DNA of 64,000 nt from Candidatus Kaiserbacteria bacterium (GTDB taxonomy: Bacteria > Patescibacteriota > Minisyncoccia > Phycocordibacterales > UBA2100), in the NCBI GenBank assembly GCA_017134395.1, contig CP070993.1, positions 462,199-526,198 on the forward strand, written 5' to 3'. The notes under the pieces are model-generated. The model saw nothing but the letters and a program-made list of their open reading frames with translations. It did no database searches and was not told the origin of the DNA. Position numbers and translations under genes: made by a program. This document shows positions 1 to 9,751 of the stretch, in pieces; within the stretch, counting starts at the first letter, position 1; every line of letters starts with the position of its first letter.

Positions 1-233
1 AATGCGTAATACGTAGTTTGCATTCGTACAGTGTACGAAACCACCCCTCTCCCACAGTTTGAAAATATTTCTTGTAAAGACTCGTGCTAGTAATGCGTAC
101 GTCTTTATTCGGTTGCCATGATACTTAGTAGTCATTAACTCATACGCTCTTGCGAGACATTCTTTTTGTGACGATGAATTCTGTAACTCCTCCACTGCAC
201 TCTGCATTGTTTTTGGTAATTTTTCTGGCATGG
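1..233 (-). CDS. Partial CDS: start codon at 231-233, runs off the window start. Hypothetical protein, weak transglutaminase-like Cys motif (GFVHCTNANYVLR).
   Basis: Hand translation of the minus strand from the ATG at 233 gives MPEKLPKTMQSAVEELQNSSSQKECLARAYELMTTKYHGNR... with no stop through position 1. It is not in the supplied ORF track. Confidence 0.3.
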
Positions 234-288
234 CTGTTTTTTATATAATTTTGTATGGTAACCAGCTTTAAATCTAACATAGTATCGT

Positions 289-330
289 ACAACGTACGTA
301 TGGACGTACGTACGTCCATACGTACGTTGT
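289..330. repeat. 42-bp perfect palindrome (acaacgtacgtatggacgtac|gtacgtccatacgtacgttgt) about 40 bp upstream of tRNA-Ser.
   Basis: The reverse complement of the left 21 nt equals the right 21 nt exactly; read directly from the sequence. Confidence 0.8.
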
Positions 331-372
331 GTATCTATATTTTAGGAACGTAATCTGTTAGGATACCCCCAC

Positions 373-458
373 GGAGAGGTGGCAGAGAGGTCGATCGCAC
401 TGGTCTTGAAAACCAGAGTGCCGCAAGGTACCGAGGGTTCGAATCCCTCCCTCTCCGC
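373..458 (+). tRNA. tRNA-Ser (anticodon UGA), long variable arm, CCA not encoded.
   Basis: Acceptor ggagagg/cctctcc; anticodon stem ctggt/accag with loop cttgaaa; 17-nt variable arm; T-arm gaggg-ttcgaat-ccctc. Confidence 0.85.
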
Positions 459-466
459 AATACACT

Positions 467-496
467 AAAACTCCCCTACTTTCGTAGGGGAGTTTT
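467..496 (+). terminator. Intrinsic terminator after tRNA-Ser.
   Basis: Perfect hairpin aaaactcccctac-tttcg-taggggagtttt with flanking T-run. Confidence 0.7.
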
Positions 497-657
497 AGTG
501 TATCTTGTCGACGGGATTCGAAAGGCGGAAGCCCGCGTGCGGGGCACGAGGAAGGGCTGAGCCCAGACCAAAAACACTTACGTAGAATTGAAGCGAAGTG
601 AACAATTGTACTTAGTGACTGGTGGTCGAATCCTTCTTTGAATATTTATGAACAAAA

Positions 658-692
658 TACTTAGCAGAGGTGACCGAATCCCTCCCTCTCCG
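658..692 (+). repeat. Partial direct duplicate of the tRNA-Ser 3' end (..gaccgaatccctccctctccg), att-like, about 215 bp downstream of the tRNA.
   Basis: cgaatccctccctctccg at 675-692 matches tRNA positions 441-458; it is preceded by the TACTTAG motif shared with the other tRNA-linked repeats. Confidence 0.6.
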
Positions 693-778
693 TATCGACA
701 TAAATAAACTTTTATGCTCTACTGCGCACAGCTTGTTCGTATTGACTCCATCTCAAATGAAAGAAAGGGTATCCTGCT

Positions 779-1189
779 ATGGAAACACAGGAAAAAGAAA
801 TTATTTGGGTTCCAGAAATCTCAGAAGAAGCGCTTGATGAACTTTTCAGAAGAATCAAGCCGGTGATTAGAATAGGTGACAATCTTCACCGAGTCAAAAT
901 AAAGCGGGAAAACTTGCGTGATACCGCATATTTATGGGGAGCAAAACTAAAGTGGAGAAGACAGAAAGGTCTTACGGTCTTGTGTGACATCAATACTTTT
1001 CATTACTGGACACGTCCGCTTTTTAAACCGTCTGTAGCTGAAGTATTGGCTCAGATACCAGAAGAATTCCTCGAAAAAGTAGTAGCGTTCGAAATTGTTG
1101 CGCTTGAACCTTTCAATTCTGAGCTGGGAAAGAAAGCTTTTAACGCTGGTTGTGCTACTGCAATCACAAGGCTTTATGTTCTAACATAA
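779..1189 (+). CDS. Hypothetical protein (136 aa), no recognisable family.
   Basis: ORF lying immediately after the tRNA/att-like repeat and followed by a hairpin plus T-run at about 1203-1245. Confidence 0.45.
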   Translation: METQEKEIIWVPEISEEALDELFRRIKPVIRIGDNLHRVKIKRENLRDTAYLWGAKLKWRRQKGLTVLCDINTFHYWTRPLFKPSVAEVLAQIPEEFLEKVVAFEIVALEPFNSELGKKAFNAGCATAITRLYVLT

Positions 1190-1255
1190 GCGGTGTTGTT
1201 GACATAAACAAAAGCGTGCGACCTTTGGGACGCGCGCTTTTTTGTAACTTGATAA

Positions 1256-1879
1256 TTACCTAGCGAGTTGCTCAGGAGACCGGTTAAAGTTTCTTTTCAC
1301 ATACTCTGTAATCTGTTCAACGTCCACAGTATCAAGCTCAAGTAGTCTACCCCACGAAGCAACAGCAATGTTGCTATCATTTGCTGACCGCGGTGAGACT
1401 ACAGTTCTACCAGAATAGTTTCTTCCAATATCTTCGAGTTTCTGAATATCCTCTTGGCTTAAGTCTTTATATGAGATCCAAATACCTCCATGCTCAAGGT
1501 TATGGACTACATTTTCGTCGATTAATTCATCTTGGTACACACCAAAATTAACCGGGGCACCGTGCGCGCCTGATGTAGGAGGATTCGTATTGTATGGATC
1601 GTGTGTTGCACCTATGGTTATATGCCCCGCTCCCATCACGGCGACTTGTTTGCCTGGCCGTGCTTCCTCTGATTTTTCAGCGGCACTAATACCCCAATAT
1701 ATCAAGGCACCCAAGGCAACAAATACCACCAACCATACTGCTATTTTCTTAATTTTTTTTGAACGAATACTTCTTGCACGCTGATGCTCTTTTGCGGCTC
1801 GTTTGTTATCTATTTTTTCCTTTCTACTAAGTTGTGGTTCTTGGTTTATATTTTCTTCATTTTGCATATTGATTTTCAC
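1256..1879 (-). CDS. DUF3105-family membrane-anchored protein.
   Basis: N-terminal TM segment; conserved YNTNPPTSG and HNLEHG motifs typical of DUF3105. Confidence 0.55.
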   Translation of the reverse strand: MKINMQNEENINQEPQLSRKEKIDNKRAAKEHQRARSIRSKKIKKIAVWLVVFVALGALIYWGISAAEKSEEARPGKQVAVMGAGHITIGATHDPYNTNPPTSGAHGAPVNFGVYQDELIDENVVHNLEHGGIWISYKDLSQEDIQKLEDIGRNYSGRTVVSPRSANDSNIAVASWGRLLELDTVDVEQITEYVKRNFNRSPEQLAR

Positions 1880-1886
1880 TTAATGA

Positions 1887-2429
1887 CTAATCTGTTACAC
1901 ATACTTGCGGTTCGCTAATTTTTTTTGCAGTTGTTACAACAGCATATATGAGTAGCGCCACACCGAGAATTCCAAATTCCTCACCCCCTAATGGTAAGAA
2001 CGAAATTATGCCAGCAGCACCAATAAATCCAAGTATCCATGTAAGAATGAAAGTCCCACAGGCAGCACATCCAATACCAAATATTCCACTAATCAAACCA
2101 CCAACACCTGCCATTGAATTCGTCCCTCGTATGATTGTTTTTTGTTTACGAACAAAGTACGCGAACAATGAAACATTAACTCCAAACAAGATGGCGATAA
2201 GAATGGTGTATGTTGCTGACACTACTGTAAAGTTTGTCTTGATGGATTCAGATAAACTGAGAACAAGTGTGACTTTGTCACGTAACTCAATACTCGGACT
2301 CGGGAGTATCTGCCACAATAATGCGAAGTTAGGTAGCAGTACTGCAAAAGTAAAGATGAGTAACGCGATTCCTACCGAAAGGGCGATATAGAAAGGACTG
2401 CGAAATACTTTGTATATACCATCCATCAT
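1887..2429 (-). CDS. Polytopic membrane protein with an intramembrane CxxC (GIGCAACGTF); possible thiol-disulfide partner of the adjacent DsbA.
   Basis: 4-5 hydrophobic segments, CAAC motif, and its position next to a DsbA-like gene; no firm family assignment. Confidence 0.35.
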   Translation of the reverse strand: MMDGIYKVFRSPFYIALSVGIALLIFTFAVLLPNFALLWQILPSPSIELRDKVTLVLSLSESIKTNFTVVSATYTILIAILFGVNVSLFAYFVRKQKTIIRGTNSMAGVGGLISGIFGIGCAACGTFILTWILGFIGAAGIISFLPLGGEEFGILGVALLIYAVVTTAKKISEPQVCVTD

Positions 2430-2432
2430 GCG

Positions 2433-3143
2433 TTATTTGCTATCTAAACCAATCTCTATGAGTTGTTTTACCGCTTCATAAGGTTGTGCACCAGAAAGTG
2501 GGTAGGTGGTACCGTCTGCCCCAATCACTACACTCCACGGCGTTCCGCGTCCACCAGTTTCTATAGCGTTTTGTATATCTTCCTCTATATGACTATCGTA
2601 CGTACCGCTATCCAAACACTCATTGAAAGCAGCTTCATTTAGCCCAATCTCTCTTACAATCTGTGGGATAACTGTGTCCAAGTCGGTTTGATTATTCGAT
2701 GGCGTCAATTCAAAAAAGCGGTCGGTAAACTGCCAAAATCCATCATTACCACCTAACTCTGCGGCACACTCAGATGCTACAGCTTCACGACGTGCTTTTA
2801 CTGGATGTAGTTGGTCGAGTGGGAATTGACGATACACCCATGCAACCTCGCCACTGTCCCCGTACTCATCCATAACTTGATTCATTGTTTCGTGAAAACG
2901 CTTGCAGAATGGGCATTCAAAATCTGAATATTCAACAATCTTTACTGGGGCGTTCGGATCTCCTTTAATGTGGTCTTGTGCTGTCACGGGATTCACTGCA
3001 TCCGTAGACCCATTTGCTTGTTGTTCTTGGGTATCGGCTGAAGCTTGACCAGCTGGATTGCTACTGCTGATAACCACTGCTGCTGCTACAAGCACTCCTG
3101 CGATAACTATTGCTACTGGTACTGCTAGTTGTTGTCCTTTCAT
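2433..3143 (-). CDS. DsbA-family thiol:disulfide oxidoreductase (thioredoxin fold), secreted or anchored.
   Basis: N-terminal TM/signal segment; CPFC active-site motif (SDFECPFCKRFH). Confidence 0.7.
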   Translation of the reverse strand: MKGQQLAVPVAIVIAGVLVAAAVVISSSNPAGQASADTQEQQANGSTDAVNPVTAQDHIKGDPNAPVKIVEYSDFECPFCKRFHETMNQVMDEYGDSGEVAWVYRQFPLDQLHPVKARREAVASECAAELGGNDGFWQFTDRFFELTPSNNQTDLDTVIPQIVREIGLNEAAFNECLDSGTYDSHIEEDIQNAIETGGRGTPWSVVIGADGTTYPLSGAQPYEAVKQLIEIGLDSK

Positions 3144-3150
3144 ATATTTT

Positions 3151-3537
3151 TTACTTTACATTATTTATTACTTTTTTTAATTTATCTTCAATTTCTTGAG
3201 CGATGCTTTGTAAGTCTTCGCTTTCTACCATAGACATAGCAACTGTTGGTAAAATAGAAGAAACGAAAACCTCGTCGTCCTTCTCGTACACAATAACATT
3301 ACATGGTAAAAGCAGTCCTATTTCTTGTTCTGCTTGCAAGGCTGTGTGAGCAAATGGTGGATTACACGCACCTAAAATTATGTAATTACCAAAATCAACA
3401 CCCAGCTTCTTTTTCAGAGTACCTTTTACATCAATTGTAGTTAATACACCGAAGCCTTCTGCTGATAGTTCCTCCGTTGTTTTTTCGACCGTTTTCTCGA
3501 AGTTTAGTGTTGATTTTTTCGTATATCCGTATGACAT
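3151..3537 (-). CDS. DUF302 domain protein.
   Basis: About 128 aa; the sequence pattern and its location beside a heavy-metal ATPase fit DUF302. Confidence 0.45.
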   Translation of the reverse strand: MSYGYTKKSTLNFEKTVEKTTEELSAEGFGVLTTIDVKGTLKKKLGVDFGNYIILGACNPPFAHTALQAEQEIGLLLPCNVIVYEKDDEVFVSSILPTVAMSMVESEDLQSIAQEIEDKLKKVINNVK

Positions 3538-3543
3538 AGTAAT

Positions 3544-5553
3544 TTATTGTAAGTTAATTTTTTTAAGCGTCATTGCGTTGACTACAACAATAACAGTTGA
3601 AAGACTCATGACCAAAGCTCCTATCTCAGGTCTTAAAAAGAATCCCCAAACAGCAAATACTCCAGCGGCGGCCGGAATAGCGATTATGTTGTACCCAAGC
3701 GCCCATACAAGATTTTGTATCATTTTTGAGTACACCTTTTTAGACAGTGTAATGAGACGAGCAATGTCACTTGGGTCATTGTCCATTAAAACAACATCGC
3801 CAGATTCAACCGCGACATCTGTTCCTGCACCAATTGCTACTCCGGCATTTGCTTGTGTAAGTGCAGGAGCATCGTTTACCCCATCACCAACCATGAGAAC
3901 AATATTTCCCTGTTCTTGGAGATCCTTTATGTGCGTATATTTGTCCTCTGGTAACACATTCGCAAAGTAGGTATCAATTCCCAACTCATCCGATACAGCT
4001 TTCGCCACCTGCTCATTATCTCCTGTAAGCATTGCAACTTTTACCTCCATATCGTGCAGCGCTTTTATTGCTGTGTACGATTCTTTTTTTATTGCATCTG
4101 CGAGAACAATGTAACCGAGTAGTTCTTTTTTATTAGCGACAAATACTATCGTCCCATTAATAGCGTTCGGTGATTCATGGTCAAACTGCAAACTCTTAAT
4201 TAGTCTCTCATTTCCAGCAAAATACTCTTCACCGTGTACCTTTGCTGTAATTCCCTGTCCTGCGATGTTCCGGAAATCAGAGATTTCCGATAATGCAATA
4301 TTTTTCTCCTTTGCATGAGCTACTATTGCATGTCCAATGATGTGAGAAGAATGTTGCTCTAGAGAAGCAGCAATTTCAATAATCCTGTTTTTATCTGATT
4401 CCTCCTTTGAAACTATTTCTGTCACACCAAACTCTCCTCTTGTCAGCGTTCCTGTCTTATCGAACACAACATAATCTGTTTTTCGAATAACCTCTATTTT
4501 AGAGAGGTCTTTGATAAAAAATCCATTCTTAACTGCAAGTGATGTCGTGATTGTTGTAACAGTTGGAATAGCGAGACCAAGTGCGTGCGGACATGCAATC
4601 ACTAACACTGTAATTGCGAGAGTGATGGCGAATACAAACGTTTCTCCCATGATAAGAGTCCAGACCAGTAGTGTAAGAAGTGCGGTTATTCCTGCAACAA
4701 ACGTCAATATAGCTGAAGCTTTATCAGCAATTTTTTGTGATCGTGGCTTTGTTCTTCCGGCTTCTTCTATTAACTTTTGAATTTGTCCGACGGTCGAATG
4801 CTCTCCGACACGAACAAGCTCTATTGTCAGTGCTCCATCTAAACAAATCGAACCTGCCACTACTTCATCGCCTTCGTGTTTTTCTATTGGTTTTGATTCT
4901 CCACTAATAAGTGACTCATCTACGTTAGCCGACCCAGTGATTAGTATTCCGTCAGCAGGAATTTTTTCTCCTGGTTTTACAATAACTACATCTTTCTCTT
5001 GTAACTCAGCTATATCAACATCAATTTCTTTCCCATCTACAAGTTTGTGAGCTTGTTTCGGTAACAATTTAGCAACTTCTTGCAGGGCATTTCCCGCAGC
5101 TCCGCTCGATTTTGCTTCTAGATAATGACCAAACAAAAGCACCCAAACCAGCGTTGAAATTTCAAGATAAAATTCAACCTCAAGAACTACGATAAACGTA
5201 GAGGCGACAGAAAATAAGTACCCTGCGCCAACAGCAAGTGATACGAGAGTCATCATGCCGTACTGTCTCGCTTTTATCTCATGCCACGCGTGTTTGAAAA
5301 ACACCAGCGCAAATCCAAAAATAATAGTAGCGATAATAAATTGAATCCACTTCCCTAATCCCAGCTCTCCGATACCGAGCAAACCAGCAATAAACTCATT
5401 GGTAAGAGCTAATGGAAGTAATAAGAAAGTAACAATCCAGAACCTTTTTAGGTAAGAACTCGCTGACCCATGATCCATTCCATGTCCGCCATGACTCGCA
5501 TGTGAAGAACTTTTCTCTTTGTGGTTAATGTGTGAAGAGTGATCCATACGCAT
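3544..5553 (-). CDS. Heavy-metal (copper) translocating P1B-type ATPase with His-rich N-terminus, CopB-like CPH motif.
   Basis: DKTGTLT phosphorylation motif, GDGVNDAPAL hinge, intramembrane CPH (IACPHALG), N-terminal HxxH-rich tail. Confidence 0.85.
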   Translation of the reverse strand: MRMDHSSHINHKEKSSSHASHGGHGMDHGSASSYLKRFWIVTFLLLPLALTNEFIAGLLGIGELGLGKWIQFIIATIIFGFALVFFKHAWHEIKARQYGMMTLVSLAVGAGYLFSVASTFIVVLEVEFYLEISTLVWVLLFGHYLEAKSSGAAGNALQEVAKLLPKQAHKLVDGKEIDVDIAELQEKDVVIVKPGEKIPADGILITGSANVDESLISGESKPIEKHEGDEVVAGSICLDGALTIELVRVGEHSTVGQIQKLIEEAGRTKPRSQKIADKASAILTFVAGITALLTLLVWTLIMGETFVFAITLAITVLVIACPHALGLAIPTVTTITTSLAVKNGFFIKDLSKIEVIRKTDYVVFDKTGTLTRGEFGVTEIVSKEESDKNRIIEIAASLEQHSSHIIGHAIVAHAKEKNIALSEISDFRNIAGQGITAKVHGEEYFAGNERLIKSLQFDHESPNAINGTIVFVANKKELLGYIVLADAIKKESYTAIKALHDMEVKVAMLTGDNEQVAKAVSDELGIDTYFANVLPEDKYTHIKDLQEQGNIVLMVGDGVNDAPALTQANAGVAIGAGTDVAVESGDVVLMDNDPSDIARLITLSKKVYSKMIQNLVWALGYNIIAIPAAAGVFAVWGFFLRPEIGALVMSLSTVIVVVNAMTLKKINLQ

Positions 5554-5560
5554 TAGATTC

Positions 5561-6046
5561 CTATTCTGTCTTCACTACTAACGCCTTAATTCGTACCTCT
5601 AGCTCTGGCGTAGCGCTCGCGTTTGTCTTTAAAAATACAGATCGTTGCGCAAGCCCTGTTCCTGAAGGACCGTGGGCTAGTGGATCATAGATAACAGTCA
5701 ACTCTTTCGTCTCTCCGGCAAGTATAACAAACTCCTTATTCATTTCTTCGTGCATACCGAAGCTAATCCCTCCAAGTGCAGCGTTAGTACAACCGCAACT
5801 GGTTGTGCCTTCTGTAACTACAACGTCATCCGGGCCCCCATTTGTTAGGGCAAAAGTTGTGGTAACTACTCCACTGAATATATCTACTTCACCAAAGTCG
5901 TGCATCTGCCTATCGACAGTCAACAGTGAAGAGCTTGTAGTTTGTTTACTCTCTACTGTTTGGTTTGTACCATCCGACAAGAGCATAATGCCTCCTCCGA
6001 CTAGAAGAGCTCCTATGAGTATAAGTAATGCAGTATTTGTTTTCAT
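5561..6046 (-). CDS. Secreted DUF1573-family protein.
   Basis: Signal peptide; HDFGEV and SCGCT motifs characteristic of DUF1573. Confidence 0.5.
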   Translation of the reverse strand: MKTNTALLILIGALLVGGGIMLLSDGTNQTVESKQTTSSSLLTVDRQMHDFGEVDIFSGVVTTTFALTNGGPDDVVVTEGTTSCGCTNAALGGISFGMHEEMNKEFVILAGETKELTVIYDPLAHGPSGTGLAQRSVFLKTNASATPELEVRIKALVVKTE

Positions 6047-6064
6047 AATTTATATATATGTTAC

Positions 6065-6973
6065 CTATTCGCCTTCTAAGATATCAACCGTGATTTTCAC
6101 TTCTGCCTCAAGATTGTTTGGGTCATTTGTTGGAATAAAAATAGTTCTAGTTAACTTATCTGAAGGCTCCTTATGAAAGTCGGGGTCAAAGTAAACGGTC
6201 AGAATAGCCGCATCACCAGGTGCAATATTTTCATTCGATATCTCTGCTGTGGTGCAGCCACAACTAGTACTTAGTTCGCCAATATTAAGGAGACTTTTCC
6301 CAGTATTTCTCACCGTAAAGGTAGTTTGAAGAATTCCTTGAGATTGGGGAACATCGCCAAAATCGTGCACTGCGCGATCAAAGGATATGCGTGCATCAGA
6401 ATCGTTTACCGAAGTAATATTTGAGTCAGTGCCGTCATACTCCCCAGTTTCAGTGAATGGATACTTATCTTCTTGCCAGTGCACCATACCACCTGCGACA
6501 CTGGTGATATTTGTATAGCCAAGAGAGTTCATAATGTCATATGCTTGTTTGCTGCGAGCGCCACTACGGCAATATATGATTATTTCTTTGTCCTTTGCGT
6601 TATCCCCAAGATTAATGCCGGCAAGTGTATTCGCTGAAAGTTCTCCGACCGGAAGGAGTAGTGCGTTCTCTAAATGAACTTCTGCATATTCTTCTGGAGT
6701 TCTTACATCAAGAAGCACGATATCTTTATTCCTTCTAATTTTTTCTACGACATCTCGTGGGCTCATTTCATAGCTATCTACGTAATCTGTATGGTACTCA
6801 TCATGACCAAACATCATATCCATCATTCCACCATATTCATGTTCATCGTGGTCATGATCGTGATTATGGCCAGTATGAAATCCTATGTGTGTGACATTAT
6901 TTAAGAAGAAGAATCCTAGAATAATAACGAGGATAGAAATAAGTACCGTCGTAAATACATTGGAATTGTTCAT
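6065..6973 (-). CDS. Membrane-anchored fusion of a His-rich metal-binding segment, a rhodanese (sulfurtransferase) domain and a DUF1573 domain.
   Basis: HTGHNHDHDHDEH tract; rhodanese active site IYCRSGARS; C-terminal VHDFGDV...SCGCT repeats the DUF1573 motifs of the neighbouring gene. Confidence 0.6.
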   Translation of the reverse strand: MNNSNVFTTVLISILVIILGFFFLNNVTHIGFHTGHNHDHDHDEHEYGGMMDMMFGHDEYHTDYVDSYEMSPRDVVEKIRRNKDIVLLDVRTPEEYAEVHLENALLLPVGELSANTLAGINLGDNAKDKEIIIYCRSGARSKQAYDIMNSLGYTNITSVAGGMVHWQEDKYPFTETGEYDGTDSNITSVNDSDARISFDRAVHDFGDVPQSQGILQTTFTVRNTGKSLLNIGELSTSCGCTTAEISNENIAPGDAAILTVYFDPDFHKEPSDKLTRTIFIPTNDPNNLEAEVKITVDILEGE

Positions 6974-6975
6974 AA

Positions 6976-7245
6976 TTATTTCTTTAATTTATATACTTTC
7001 AAAATTTCAGTCACTGCTTTCTTCTGTTCACCTGTTTTAATCTGGGTAATAACACAAGAAGACAGGTGCTTCTCTAGTAACACATCCTCAACTCCCCTCA
7101 AGGCATTACGAATGGCAGACGTCTGAGTAATAACGTCAATGCAGTATGTATCTTCTTCCACCATTCTTTGGAGACCCCTGATTTGGCCTTCAATTCTCTT
7201 TAGGCGATTGTTCACTAATTTCTTATCAGCTTTCACAAATTCCAT
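6976..7245 (-). CDS. csoR: CsoR/RcnR-family metal-sensing transcriptional repressor.
   Basis: 89 aa, DUF156-like; conserved YCIDV...Q..A and C-x-H/C pattern; sits at the head of the copper gene block. Confidence 0.7.
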   Translation of the reverse strand: MEFVKADKKLVNNRLKRIEGQIRGLQRMVEEDTYCIDVITQTSAIRNALRGVEDVLLEKHLSSCVITQIKTGEQKKAVTEILKVYKLKK

Positions 7246-7316
7246 TATACCCCATAGGGGTATAATGACAAACGATCAATTGTGTCTGTATTATATAGAG
7301 CGTGTGAGGGCTTTTA

Positions 7317-8261
7317 CTACTCTTCTTCTCCTAACCGGAAAAATCGTCTTTTCAAACCAACCCAGAGCAAGTGCAGAGCACCGAGCGTAAGCACCACAAG
7401 CTCTGCGTAAAACATCCACGCTTTGCTTATCATAACTCCAGCAACAGAGGCACTCGCAGCTGCTATTTGATGTTCCCGTTTTTTACTTTCTTCTGCTGTT
7501 TTAATTTCATTTTCAAACCCTTCAACGGCAGGAAGTGACTCAGACCGCTCTATTTCTGCAAGCGCAGCACGTTGCGTTTCTTCATACTCTCGCAATACTT
7601 CAGCAGTTTTCTTTCGAGTGTTTTCGATTGACTCAAATGTTGTTGCCACTACTCCTTTTTCTTTCTCTTGCTCAGTATCCTCAGGAGCACTTTGTTCTTC
7701 TAATTTTGTACGTGGTGCTCGGCTCACTATCTTGTCTAATAACACCTTTCCTGATTCAGTAACATCAAAGGAGGTTTTAGGAAGTATATTTTTAATCAGC
7801 GGTTCACTATCTTCGCTATCGTTAATGCCATCATTATCGTCATCTGGATCGGTAGTATTTTGTATACCATCTCCATCAGTGTCCGCTACCACAAAAATAG
7901 TGCGCTCTGCGAGCTCAGTGTTTGTAATTTCACTACTATTACCTGCAGTAAAACTCATATGTATCGTGTGGCTGCCGACACCAAAGGCGTACGGGATGCC
8001 CACCCTTTTTATATCTCCTTTTCCAATAGTTACTTCAGTGGCCTTTACCGCCTCTCCGTCAACAACAAGCGTTGCAATACCTTGTATTTGTTCGTCAGTT
8101 TGATTATGCAACACTGAATATACGGTTGTTTCTCCAAAATTCGTTATTGGGTCAGTTGAAAACCACAACCCATTTACCAACCCGGCAGTTGTTGCGGCAG
8201 AAGCAGTTGTTGCAGTGGCAAGAAACAGTACGATGAGACTAATGTAACAAAACTTATACAT
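7317..8261 (-). CDS. Secreted protein with thrombospondin type-3-like Ca-binding repeats and a C-terminal TM anchor.
   Basis: Signal peptide; DTDGDGIQNTTDPDDDNDGINDSED aspartate-rich repeats; hydrophobic C-terminus. Confidence 0.5.
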   Translation of the reverse strand: MYKFCYISLIVLFLATATTASAATTAGLVNGLWFSTDPITNFGETTVYSVLHNQTDEQIQGIATLVVDGEAVKATEVTIGKGDIKRVGIPYAFGVGSHTIHMSFTAGNSSEITNTELAERTIFVVADTDGDGIQNTTDPDDDNDGINDSEDSEPLIKNILPKTSFDVTESGKVLLDKIVSRAPRTKLEEQSAPEDTEQEKEKGVVATTFESIENTRKKTAEVLREYEETQRAALAEIERSESLPAVEGFENEIKTAEESKKREHQIAAASASVAGVMISKAWMFYAELVVLTLGALHLLWVGLKRRFFRLGEEE

Positions 8262-9270
8262 ATTCTTTAATATACCTCATGATAACATCTGCAAGCTTAC
8301 GACTATCATGACGAATGAATGAGCGTGTGTGTGCAAGAGCATCGCCCGTGCCACCTTCTGTTGTTTTTTCATTGAGGAAATCCTCTCCAATAATACGTGT
8401 GGTGTTTTTGTGAGTATCACATGATACAAACATCCCCTTTCCTTCTTGTTCTTCATATCGCCGTGCCAACTCTTCGCTCGGTTCTGCAGTATTACATACA
8501 AGCACATCGATACTTCTCCCACGTAAGTGTTTTTCAACTGTTGTTGCGTAGGTATGTGCACTAAATCCACCGGTGAGCCCTTTTTTGTTGGTAACGTTTG
8601 CTACAACTGCGATATGTGCTGATGTGTCGCGTAATGATTGTGAGATACCTTCTACAAGTAGGTTGGGAATAATGCTCCCGTGCACATCACCCGGACCAAT
8701 CACTACGAGGTCTGCTTTTGTAATTGCTTCAAGTGCTTCAGCTGAAGCAGTAACTGGGTACGCGAGCGAAATCTCTCTTACGCCATGTTCGCGCACGCGC
8801 TCATCATCATCAAGATAACTCTCCCCTTCAAGAACGACACCATTATTCAATTCTACCAGTAAGCGCATGTCTCCCTCCGTAACTGGCAGTACCCGTCCAT
8901 ATACATTGAGAATCTTTCCTGCAACTGCAACTGCTTTTGGAAAACTACCTGTTATCTTTTCAAGTGCAGAAAGAAATAAATTACCGGCGTTGTGTCCTTT
9001 TATATCACCATGCAAAAATCGATAGCTAAATAGCTCTCGCACTTCAGGAGTTGCTCGAGCAAGCGCGGCAAGGCATTGCCGCACATCACCTGGCGGCAAC
9101 ACTCCTAAATCATCGCGCAGCACTCCGGTCGAACCCCCGTCATCAGCCATGCTAACAATCGCTGATATGTGTATAGGAAATTCCTTAAGACCAGACAAAA
9201 GTACGAAGCTGCCCGTTCCTCCTCCGATAGTTACTATGCGTGGCTGTCGGCTATTTTTTGTTGTTTCCAT
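8254..9270 (-). CDS. YvcK/CofD-like (UPF0052, gluconeogenesis factor family) protein. The true start is probably the internal ATG at 9270 (METTKNSRQPRIVTIGGGTG), not the annotated 9438.
   Basis: IVTIGGGTGSFVLLSGL...MADDGGSTG motif typical of YvcK/CofD; the N-terminal 56 codons of the ORF overlap the divergent pilin promoter. Confidence 0.65.
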   Translation of the reverse strand: METTKNSRQPRIVTIGGGTGSFVLLSGLKEFPIHISAIVSMADDGGSTGVLRDDLGVLPPGDVRQCLAALARATPEVRELFSYRFLHGDIKGHNAGNLFLSALEKITGSFPKAVAVAGKILNVYGRVLPVTEGDMRLLVELNNGVVLEGESYLDDDERVREHGVREISLAYPVTASAEALEAITKADLVVIGPGDVHGSIIPNLLVEGISQSLRDTSAHIAVVANVTNKKGLTGGFSAHTYATTVEKHLRGRSIDVLVCNTAEPSEELARRYEEQEGKGMFVSCDTHKNTTRIIGEDFLNEKTTEGGTGDALAHTRSFIRHDSRKLADVIMRYIKEYV

Positions 9271-9325
9271 AGCTATGCATCTAATCTTATTGAATAGAAA
9301 GCAGTATGTCGATACAATGCATTGT

Positions 9326-9730
9326 ATGAAACGTGGTTTTACGATTATTGAGCTGCTTGTAGTCATGGCAATTATTGGCATGCTTGCATCAATAATGTTT
9401 GTTACATTCTCAACACTCCAGGCAAAATCACGTGACACTCGTAGAGTAGAAGACGTTCGAGAATTACAAAAAGCGCTTGGGATGTATTATATTGAAGGCA
9501 ACCAATTCCCTATTTCTGCCTCGGCAGTAAACATTACAGGTTCTGATCCTGTGTCAACGACACTTATAAATAATGGGGTGATTTCAGGAATTAGTGGCGA
9601 TCCCGTAAGCCCAACGTACGATTATACTTACCAAACATCTGGTCCAGGTAACTACACTATTACCTTCTGTCTCGAAACTGATTCAATACAAAAATATGTT
9701 CAAGGATGTACCAACACAGTTTCTAATTAG
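9326..9730 (+). CDS. Type IV pilin-like (prepilin-type N-terminal cleavage/methylation) protein.
   Basis: MKRGFTIIELLVVMAIIGMLA class-III leader (G|FTxIE); the annotated longer ORF begins inside the divergent gene. Confidence 0.7.
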   Translation: MKRGFTIIELLVVMAIIGMLASIMFVTFSTLQAKSRDTRRVEDVRELQKALGMYYIEGNQFPISASAVNITGSDPVSTTLINNGVISGISGDPVSPTYDYTYQTSGPGNYTITFCLETDSIQKYVQGCTNTVSN

Positions 9731-9751
9731 CAGTAGTGTCACATACGTATC

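Noticed and set aside
9149-9325. N-terminal 59 codons of the annotated 193-aa pilin ORF.
   Set aside because: They overlap the divergently transcribed YvcK gene. The canonical prepilin leader MKRGFTIIE begins at the internal ATG 9326.
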